Assembly: GCA_039588295.1 (NCBI GenBank)
Contig: JBDHAB010000025.1
Location: forward strand, 1 to 42,720
Origin: Gemmatimonadota bacterium
GTDB lineage: Bacteria > Gemmatimonadota > Gemmatimonadetes > Gemmatimonadales > GWC2-71-9
Direction of reading: 5' to 3'
DNA length: 42,720 nt
In this document: piece after piece, positions 35,384 to 42,720 of the stretch
How positions within the stretch are numbered: the stretch's first letter is position 1
Layout of the letters: the number at the start of each line of letters is the position of its first letter
Program-made: the position numbers and the translations under genes
Notes under the pieces: model-generated
What the model was told of the DNA's origin: nothing
Seen by the model: the letters and a program-made list of their open reading frames with translations, nothing else
The model's database searches: none

Positions 35384-36901
35384 CTAGGGCTGCCCGAACA
35401 CGCGAACCGGGATCGTGCTGTTCCCGCCACGGGCGCCGATCCCAAGCTGGCCCCAGTCGTTGCGACCCCAGCAGTAGGCCTCATTGGATACCGTCACCCC
35501 ACAGCTATGGCCCCCCACGGTGCCCGCCGCCGCGGTGATCGACTGGAACCTGAATCCACCCGTCACGGGGATCGGGGACGTCGAGCAAAGACGGCCGCCG
35601 CAGCTCTCAAAGGAACCGGTCGTGCCGAGTGCACCGTAACCGTTGTCACCCCAACAATACGCGACGCCGTCCGCGGTAAGGCCGCAGGTGTGTCGATCGC
35701 TGGCGTCGAGCACAGCGAACGTGAGACCACCCACGACAGACGTCGGACCACTCATGCCACCCGATGCTCCGGAGCCGAGTTGGCCCGAGCTGTTGTCTCC
35801 CCAGCAGTAGGCGTGCCCCGCAGCGGTGAGGGCACACGCGTGGTTCGCACCAGCTGCAACCGAAGCGAACTCGACTCCCCCAGCCACGGGTACTGGCATC
35901 GGTGTCGGGCTACACGGGACCAGCGCCCCTTTGACGCCGATGCACTCATCGGGAGCGTCCGCGCGTCCGAGCTGTTGCCAGTCGTTGTACCCCCAACAGT
36001 AGGCCTCACCATCGACGGTGACGCCGCAGGTGTAGTTCCACCCCGGGCTCATGGACACGAACCAGGTACCACCCGCAACGGCCTGTGGCCCGAGCCACCA
36101 CTCCTCCTTCGCTACGTCACCGAGCTGCCCGGCCCAGTGCGCACCCCAGCAGTATGCGGCAACCTCAGTCAAGCCGCACGAGTGCAGCCCGAATGACGAG
36201 ATCGTCGAGAACGAGAGCGCTCCGACCACCTGGACCGGCTGCAGGGCATCGTGCTTGGTACCACTCCCCAGTTGCATCGACCGATTCGCACCCCAGCAGT
36301 AGGCATCCTGGCCCACCAGCCCGCAGGTGAACCGACCACCTGACGTGATATGTCGATACGCCAGGTCACCGAGGACTTTGACTGGTGTTCTGCGTGTGAG
36401 ATCCGTACCGTCACCGAGCCGACCCTCGTGACCTCGCCCCCAGCAGTACGCGGATCCACCGGTAGTGATCGCGCACGTGTGGTGGCGTCCAGCGCTGATC
36501 GACCGGAACAATACGCGCACGTCGATGTCAGCCGTGTCAACCACGCCTTCCGAAGCGACAACGATGGATGCGAAGCCGAGCGCTTCGGCACGGACCAAGC
36601 CCTCCGCGGTGACGGTGACAACCCTTGGATTGGTTGTCCGGTACGCGATAGCTCTTCCCGACAGTTCCTCCCCGGCCGAGTCACGAAGCACGACGCGCAG
36701 TTGGATCGTGGCGCCCTCAAGTACCATGCTGTCGGGCGCCACCCAAACGGATGCGACCGGCTGCTCCGGCTCGTCGGGAGGGCTCCACGGCTCGGTACAC
36801 GCGGCGCAGAACGCGACGATACAGAGCAGGAGCATGCCCAGAGCTACGAGGAGCGGACGGCGGCGAGAACGGCGGTTCACGGAAAATGAGGCCGCAGGCA
36901 T
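35384..36901 (-). CDS. Lipoprotein with a bacterial Ig-like domain and RCC1/BLIP-II repeats
   Basis: Lipobox-like CAAC, an Ig-like segment (LRDSAG..LSGR..TVTAEGLV) and about seven H(T/S)C...AYCWG..GQLG repeats. Confidence 0.88.
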   Translation of the reverse strand: MPAASFSVNRRSRRRPLLVALGMLLLCIVAFCAACTEPWSPPDEPEQPVASVWVAPDSMVLEGATIQLRVVLRDSAGEELSGRAIAYRTTNPRVVTVTAEGLVRAEALGFASIVVASEGVVDTADIDVRVLFRSISAGRHHTCAITTGGSAYCWGRGHEGRLGDGTDLTRRTPVKVLGDLAYRHITSGGRFTCGLVGQDAYCWGANRSMQLGSGTKHDALQPVQVVGALSFSTISSFGLHSCGLTEVAAYCWGAHWAGQLGDVAKEEWWLGPQAVAGGTWFVSMSPGWNYTCGVTVDGEAYCWGYNDWQQLGRADAPDECIGVKGALVPCSPTPMPVPVAGGVEFASVAAGANHACALTAAGHAYCWGDNSSGQLGSGASGGMSGPTSVVGGLTFAVLDASDRHTCGLTADGVAYCWGDNGYGALGTTGSFESCGGRLCSTSPIPVTGGFRFQSITAAAGTVGGHSCGVTVSNEAYCWGRNDWGQLGIGARGGNSTIPVRVFGQP

Positions 36902-37135
36902 GGGACCCTCCGGCGGTGCCTTGTATTACAGTAACGGTCCACGTCGCCGGGCGCCAACAGCAAAACCGAGCAACGACCTCCTGCATGCATCCGCACGACC
37001 AGGGGGCGCGGTCTCCGGCCGTCGCGCCGATCCGCTGTCGGCATCTGGCTGACACGCGCCGCCGGCCGCGCCTACAGCGTGGCGCGCGTTGCACCGATAC
37101 TCTCGGGGAAGCCATTGCCGCATTGTTCGCTCGGA

Positions 37136-37573
37136 ATGATACCACACCGGGCCGAGTTCACCGTGCTCCTGGCCGACGACTGCGATGTCGCTCGAGATCG
37201 CGTCGTCACGGAACTCCGGAGCATACCGGGCGTTCGGATTGTCGCGGAGGCGGCGGATGCGCGTTCGGCAACGGACGCAATCGTCGATCACAGGCCCGAT
37301 CTCGTCATCCTCGACCTCCGCATGCCGGGTGGCGGCGGCTTGAAGGTCGTGGAATCCATCGGTGAGGTGCAGCCTCGCCCCGTCCTTATCGTGTTCTCGA
37401 ATACGCCGAATCCAGCTCATCGTGAGCGCTACACGGCGCACGGTGTGCGGTACTTCCTCGACAAGGCGTTCGACCTGCGCAGACTCCGCCAGCTGGTCCG
37501 GCACTGCGCCTCGGGCATCGGTGGGGGCGTTCCGACCAGCAGCGTTCGCGCCGACGTCAGCATCCAGGCGTAA
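37136..37573 (+). CDS. Stand-alone response regulator receiver domain
   Basis: VLLADD, PDLVILDLRMP (phospho-Asp), VFS and FLDK; no output domain. Confidence 0.8.
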   Translation: MIPHRAEFTVLLADDCDVARDRVVTELRSIPGVRIVAEAADARSATDAIVDHRPDLVILDLRMPGGGGLKVVESIGEVQPRPVLIVFSNTPNPAHRERYTAHGVRYFLDKAFDLRRLRQLVRHCASGIGGGVPTSSVRADVSIQA

Positions 37574-37678
37574 TCCCTTCCACGCACGCTTCTTGCGGAA
37601 GCTCTACCAGGCCTGAATAATTCTGTCGGATATTTCCCACAGTAGCTTCGTGCAGTGTTACGGCCCGAAGGAGGCTCC

Positions 37679-39571
37679 ATGGCCAACAACGACGGCATCT
37701 ACCGCCCCGCGCAGGAGATCATCGATGCCGCTCACGTCCGCGATTACGACGCCTTGCGTGAAGAGGCGGCCGCCGACCCCGCAGCCTTTTGGGAGCAACG
37801 TGCGCGCGACCTGGATTGGTACGAGCCGTGGCGCCAGGTCCTGGACGAGAAAGACGCACCGTTCTTCCGGTGGTTCGTCGGGGCGAAGACGAACGTCGTG
37901 CTCAACGCGTTGGATCGGCACCAAGACAACGCGACCCGCAACCGGCTCGCACTGATCTGGGAAGGCGAGGACGGAACCCTCAGGACCTTCAGTTACTTCG
38001 CACTCAACCGTGAAGTCTGTCAGTTCGCGAACGTCTTGAGGAGCATGGGCGTGGGCAAGGGGGATCGCGTGACGATCTACATGCCGCGCATTCCGGAGCT
38101 GATGATGGCGATGCTCGCGTGTGCGAAGATCGGGGCGGTCCACTCCGTGGTCTATGGTGGATTCTCCGTCGAGGCACTGGCGGAACGAATTGAAGATTCG
38201 GAGTCACGCGTGTTGATCACCGCAGATGGTGGCTATCTGCGTGGGAAGATCGTGCCGCTCAAAGAAATCGCCGATGACGCGCTGCGGCGCTGCGGTACGG
38301 TGGAACATGTGGTGGTCGTGCGTCGGACCGGTCAGGACGTCGCGATGGAATCGGAGCGCGACTACTACTACGACGAGCTCATGAGCCTTCCAGTGGCCCG
38401 CGGCAATGACCAACGCTGTGCGACCGTACAGGTGGACGCCGAGGACCCGTTGTTCCTCCTCTACACCTCGGGAACGACCGGGAAACCCAAGGCGATCATT
38501 CACACCCACGGCGGCTATCAGGTCGGCATCGCGACAACGCTCAAGTACGCGTTCGATCTCAAGCCTGAGGACCGGTGGTGGTGCGCGGCGGATCCGGGCT
38601 GGATTACGGGCCACAGCTATATCGTCTACGGGCCGCTCATCCTGGGTGCGACATCGATCATGTATGAGGGCGCACCCACGTACCCCTACCCCGACCGCTG
38701 GTGGCGCATCGTAGAAAAGTACGGCGTCACGATCCTCTACACGGCGCCGACCGCGATCCGGGGCCTGATGCGCTTCGGGGAGTCGTGGGTTAACAAGCGC
38801 GACACGTCGACGCTGCGTCTGCTCGGAACCGTTGGCGAGCCGATCAATCCCGAGGCGTGGCGCTGGTACTACGAGGTCGTCGGCAAGGGACGCTGTCCGG
38901 TCATCGACACGTGGTGGCAAACGGAGACCGGCGCGTTCATGATCACGCCGGTGCCGTCATTCCCTCTCAAGCCCGGCTCGGGCACCAAGCCGTTTCCCGG
39001 GATCCAGGCGGAGATACTCGACGACGACGGCAAGCCGGTGCCGGCCGGGGAGGAAGGCAAGTTGGTCATCACGACGCCGTGGCCGGCCATGCTGCGCGGG
39101 ATCTACAAGGATCCCGACCGCTACGTCCAGCAGTATTGGTCCACGTATCCGGGCAAGTACCTCACGGGTGATTCGGCCAAGATGGATGAGGACGGGTACT
39201 TCTGGATCATCGGTCGGATGGACGACGTGATCAAAGTCTCCGGATACCGGCTCGGCACGGCGGAAATCGAATCGGCCCTGGTCAGTCATCCGGCCGTGAC
39301 GGAGTCCGCGGCAATCGGTATTCCGCATGACGTGCGGGGCAACGTGATCTACGCCTACGTGATCCTCAAGGCGGGATTCGACGGCAGCGACGACCTGGCA
39401 AAGGAACTGATCCAGCACGTGAGCCGGGAAGTCGGACCGATCGCGAAGCCCGAGCAGATCGAGTTCGTGGACGCACTGCCGAAGACACGATCCGGCAAGA
39501 TCATGCGTCGGCTGCTCAAGGCCCGGGCGCGGGGGTTGCCGGAGGGCGACACGTCGACGCTCGAGGACTAG
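37679..39571 (+). CDS. acs: Acetate--CoA ligase (acetyl-CoA synthetase)
   Basis: AAGGAGG RBS; YTSGTTGKPK, DPGWITGHSY, VGEPINPEAW, DTWWQTETG and LPKTRSGKIMRR. Confidence 0.96.
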   Translation: MANNDGIYRPAQEIIDAAHVRDYDALREEAAADPAAFWEQRARDLDWYEPWRQVLDEKDAPFFRWFVGAKTNVVLNALDRHQDNATRNRLALIWEGEDGTLRTFSYFALNREVCQFANVLRSMGVGKGDRVTIYMPRIPELMMAMLACAKIGAVHSVVYGGFSVEALAERIEDSESRVLITADGGYLRGKIVPLKEIADDALRRCGTVEHVVVVRRTGQDVAMESERDYYYDELMSLPVARGNDQRCATVQVDAEDPLFLLYTSGTTGKPKAIIHTHGGYQVGIATTLKYAFDLKPEDRWWCAADPGWITGHSYIVYGPLILGATSIMYEGAPTYPYPDRWWRIVEKYGVTILYTAPTAIRGLMRFGESWVNKRDTSTLRLLGTVGEPINPEAWRWYYEVVGKGRCPVIDTWWQTETGAFMITPVPSFPLKPGSGTKPFPGIQAEILDDDGKPVPAGEEGKLVITTPWPAMLRGIYKDPDRYVQQYWSTYPGKYLTGDSAKMDEDGYFWIIGRMDDVIKVSGYRLGTAEIESALVSHPAVTESAAIGIPHDVRGNVIYAYVILKAGFDGSDDLAKELIQHVSREVGPIAKPEQIEFVDALPKTRSGKIMRRLLKARARGLPEGDTSTLED

Positions 39572-39811
39572 ACGACGATTTGCCGGCCAATCTGCGAGCG
39601 GCCGGCTGGCGGATCTCTGACAGGGAAACGGTCCCGTATGCCTGGTTGATGGACGGTGGCGCGCGGCCCAATTTCAGTGGGGAATACGAAGCGGCAGGAT
39701 CTCCGTTCTCGCCCTGCGCGGGAGCCAAGCACCGGGCAGCCTGTCTGAGGGCCGGCAGGTCGACAGGCGTCCATCACCCTATAGTCCATCACCCGGTAGG
39801 GTCCCAATACG

Positions 39812-41365
39812 ATGAACGGCAAGCAAGAAAGCAGTTACGACGAGGTACCCTACAAGAGCCATCCCTACCCCAACACGCATCCTCGCAACCTCGAAGCCCT
39901 CGCGGCGCTCTTCGGCATGCAGCCGCCACCCCTACCCGGCTGCCGCGTGCTCGAACTGGGTTGTGCATCCGGGGGCAATCTGATTCCTCTCGCCGACGAG
40001 TTGCCCGAGACCCAGTTGCTGGGGATCGACCTGTCGTCCCGCCAGGTTCGCGATGGACAGTCGATGATCGCCGACCTGGAATTGAGCAACATCGAGCTGC
40101 GGACAGCCGACATCAATGAGATTGACGACAGTTGGGGACAATTCGACTACATCGTGTGCCACGGCGTCTACTCCTGGGTGCCCAGCCAGGTCCAGGACAA
40201 GATTCTGGAGGTGTGCCGGGGGAACCTCGTTCCCAACGGGGTCGCGATCATCTCCTACAACACGCACCCCGGGTGGTATCTGCGGGCCGCCGTACGCGAC
40301 ATGATGCTCTACCACGTGAGCGAAATCGAGGACGCCAGGCAACGGATCGTCCAGGCGCAAGCGATGCTGGACCTGGCGGTGGAGGGGTGCGACGAAAACG
40401 AGCCGTACGGTCAGCTGCTGAAACAGGAACTCAAACGGGTTCGCGCGGTGGACGACTCGTACCTCTACCACGAGCACCTCGAGGACTACAACGAGCCGAC
40501 GCATTTTTACGAGTTCATCGAGCGCGCCCAGCAGGCCGGGTTGCAGTACTTGTCGGAATCGAACGTGAGTCGCATGCTCACGATCGATCTCCCGCCGCAC
40601 GTGCAGGACGCGCTGCGTGATGCCCCGATCATTCGCCGGGAGCAGTACCTCGATTTCATACGGAACGTGGGCTTCCGATCCACGTTGCTCTGCCACCGGG
40701 AAATCGACCTGGACCGGGAGGTACCGGACGAGCGGATCGGCCGCTCGTCTGTGCAGCTATCCTTCAAGCCCAAGTCCCTGGAGGTCGACTTCCATAGCAA
40801 CGATCCGGTGCAGTTTGACATCGCGGGAAACAAGGTCACAATGGCTGCTCCCTTGGCTAAGGCCGCCCTGGTGCACCTGGGACATACCTGGCCCGAGGCG
40901 ATCGCGGTGACGGAGCTGCGGGCGAGGGGGTTGGAGATGCTGGGCCAGCCTGCCGGAACCACTGACCCCAACCACTCCATCGATGTCTTGAATTACATGC
41001 TCCGGATCGTGCTGCAAGCGAATCTGCTGGAGGTCTATCTCCATCCGCCGAAATGTGTGTCCACGATCAGCGACCGACCGGCGGCCTCGCGGCTGGCGCG
41101 CTACCAGGCCCCGCGTCAGACATACATCACGAGCCGCTGGCACCGCACCGTCAAGCTGGACACCCTGGGCCGCTTCGTGCTGGAGCGCCTCGACGGGCAG
41201 CATGACCGCGCTGCGCTCGAGGCCGAGTTGCACGACGCGTTACAACGCGGGCTCATCACCGTTAAGCAAGAGGGTGACCAAGCGAACCATTCCGCTGAAC
41301 AGATTACGGCGATGGTCGATTGGGCCTTGCACGCGTGTGCCTCGGCCAGCCTGTTGATCGCGTGA
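39812..41365 (+). CDS. Class I SAM-dependent methyltransferase with a methyltransferase-regulatory domain (PKMT-like)
   Basis: YDEVPY...THP, VLELGCASGGNL, FDYIVCHGVYSWV, ISYNTHPGW, YLYHEHLE and EQYLDF. Confidence 0.85.
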   Translation: MNGKQESSYDEVPYKSHPYPNTHPRNLEALAALFGMQPPPLPGCRVLELGCASGGNLIPLADELPETQLLGIDLSSRQVRDGQSMIADLELSNIELRTADINEIDDSWGQFDYIVCHGVYSWVPSQVQDKILEVCRGNLVPNGVAIISYNTHPGWYLRAAVRDMMLYHVSEIEDARQRIVQAQAMLDLAVEGCDENEPYGQLLKQELKRVRAVDDSYLYHEHLEDYNEPTHFYEFIERAQQAGLQYLSESNVSRMLTIDLPPHVQDALRDAPIIRREQYLDFIRNVGFRSTLLCHREIDLDREVPDERIGRSSVQLSFKPKSLEVDFHSNDPVQFDIAGNKVTMAAPLAKAALVHLGHTWPEAIAVTELRARGLEMLGQPAGTTDPNHSIDVLNYMLRIVLQANLLEVYLHPPKCVSTISDRPAASRLARYQAPRQTYITSRWHRTVKLDTLGRFVLERLDGQHDRAALEAELHDALQRGLITVKQEGDQANHSAEQITAMVDWALHACASASLLIA

Positions 41366-41834
41366 CCCGCCTGCCCGCCGGGCGGCGTCAGCGCCTTGGG
41401 CTCATCGATATCCCGGGAAGACTCGTCCGCTCAGCGCTGTTGGACTCCGGGTGTGCCATCCTCGATGACACATCGCCGGTCTCGGTGAACGGGGAACCGT
41501 CACCGGGAGATTGACGTTCCCACTACGCAAGCGCCCGCCTCCCCGCCAGGCGGTTTCGTTTACAGCCCCGAGCATCACGCGGCGTTCTGGGCTTTCGGTT
41601 GCGTCCAGATGAAGCCCGAGCATTTCACTTCAATTGTTGCGATCCTGCGACTCTTGCGCTCACAGTGACAGTCCTTAACCATAGGCGAATGTAGACACGA
41701 CAATTCCCGTCGGTGGCCCTCCCGGCCCTGCCGCCAGACCGACGCCCTCCACCTGGACGCCCGCCCGACGACGAGACCTCCGCCACCGTGGAGTAACAGC
41801 GACCTCGGTGTTACAGCTTCGCCGGAGGGGCATC

Positions 41835-42720
41835 ATGCGCAAATCGGCGCTCCCATTCCTGCTGCTGCCGCGCGTTGGCGGCAACAGGCGGACCCGACGA
41901 TTTCTTCAAGGCTCCGCCGCCCTGATCACCTTCGCCTTGCTCGTGCCGAGTGGCTGTGGGGGCGATCAAGGTCCCCCGCCACTCACTACCGGTTCCCTCA
42001 GGGTTCGGACGGTAACCTCCGGCTCCGATCTCGACCCCGATGGCTACACCGTAACGATCGGGACAACCAGCCAGTCGATCGGGACGAACGCCAGCGTTAC
42101 CGTCAGGGATCTCTCGGTGGACACCCATGCGGTCCAGCTCTCGGGTGTCGAGCTCAACTGCGACGTCGCAGGCGCCAATCCTCGTGATGTCTCGGTGACG
42201 ACCGGCGCCACGACGGAGACCACGTTCGCAGTAGACTGCCTGGCCGCGGGCACCGTGGAAGTCACGATATCCACCAGCGGCGAGCCGGCAGATCCCGACG
42301 GCTACGCATTGTGGGCCGATGGGAGCCTGTGGGCGACAACCGGCGTCGACTCGACCGTTTCGCTCACGGTAAGTGCGGGTGATTACTCGCTGGAGCTTGG
42401 GGACCTGGCCGGGAACTGCGAACTCTCGTCGCCGACCCCTCAGGTGATTAGTGTCAGCATCGGGGCAACGGTGGCGGCGAGCTTCCAGGTAGCCTGCGAG
42501 AACCTGTTTCTCGATCAGATCGTCTTCGTCAGACAAGCCCAGCACCAGCCAAGTGATATCCACTTCGGGGACATCTACGTGATAGATCCCGACGGCGCGA
42601 ACGTGCGGCAGCTTACGAACACCCCGCAGGACGACGATCACCCGGCCGTGTCGCCGGACGGCACGAAGCTCCTGTTCGACAGTGACCGCAGCGGCGACCA
42701 CGAGATCTATGTCATGAACG
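41835..42720 (+). CDS. Secreted/lipoprotein with two tandem DPDGY beta-domains and a TolB/PD40-like propeller, 3'-truncated by the window edge
   Basis: Not in the ORF track because it has no stop. GGAGG RBS, then MRKSALPFLL...TRRFLQGSAALITFALLVPSGC, two DPDGY...NC...C units and DIYVIDPDGANVRQLT...PAVSPDGTKLLFDSDRSGDHEIYVMN. Confidence 0.85.
   Translation, partial: MRKSALPFLLLPRVGGNRRTRRFLQGSAALITFALLVPSGCGGDQGPPPLTTGSLRVRTVTSGSDLDPDGYTVTIGTTSQSIGTNASVTVRDLSVDTHAVQLSGVELNCDVAGANPRDVSVTTGATTETTFAVDCLAAGTVEVTISTSGEPADPDGYALWADGSLWATTGVDSTVSLTVSAGDYSLELGDLAGNCELSSPTPQVISVSIGATVAASFQVACENLFLDQIVFVRQAQHQPSDIHFGDIYVIDPDGANVRQLTNTPQDDDHPAVSPDGTKLLFDSDRSGDHEIYVMN

Noticed and set aside
41366..41834. 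470-bp intergenic region with a repeated CCCGAGCAT and short hairpins, as a possible ncRNA
   Set aside because: I recognise no riboswitch or sRNA consensus, and these hairpins are unremarkable at this GC content.
41811..42701. 296-aa minus-strand ORF
   Set aside because: It is the shadow of the + strand TolB-like lipoprotein gene starting at 41835.

Overview
A GC-rich bacterial chromosomal window. The gene repertoire (DUF5916, DUF4953 metalloprotease, DUF4384, Ig+RCC1 and TolB-like lipoproteins) suggests Gemmatimonadota or a similar lineage; this is inference only. It holds about 32 protein-coding genes, and I saw no rRNA, tRNA, CRISPR array or mobile element. Two loci stand out. (1) An 825-aa fusion at 2374-4851 joins a PqqD/RRE-like domain, a radical SAM core, a SPASM-like domain whose Fe-S cysteines are all replaced, and a complete ArsM/AS3MT-type arsenite methyltransferase with a CC-x5-CC tail. 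It lies downstream of a TVP38/DedA gene and is a candidate single-protein organoarsenical synthase. (2) A polyphosphate island: ppx-ppk1-sixA-CHAD/CYTH on the minus strand converges on a second PPK1 fused in frame to a DUF4956 membrane domain. Other content includes a TenA_E/TenA_C pair, a Tat-signal aminotransferase, an octaheme HAO-family cytochrome, a Na+:solute symporter followed by two coupled small membrane proteins (one absent from the ORF track), acs, a ClC-CBS-TrkA_C transporter and two genes broken by internal deletions. Non-coding signals include a 25-bp palindrome (TAA-N4-TTG-N5-CAA-N4-TTA) found twice and GGGNNAA heptamer tracts just after stop codons. All family assignments come from motif recognition by eye; no database searches were run.
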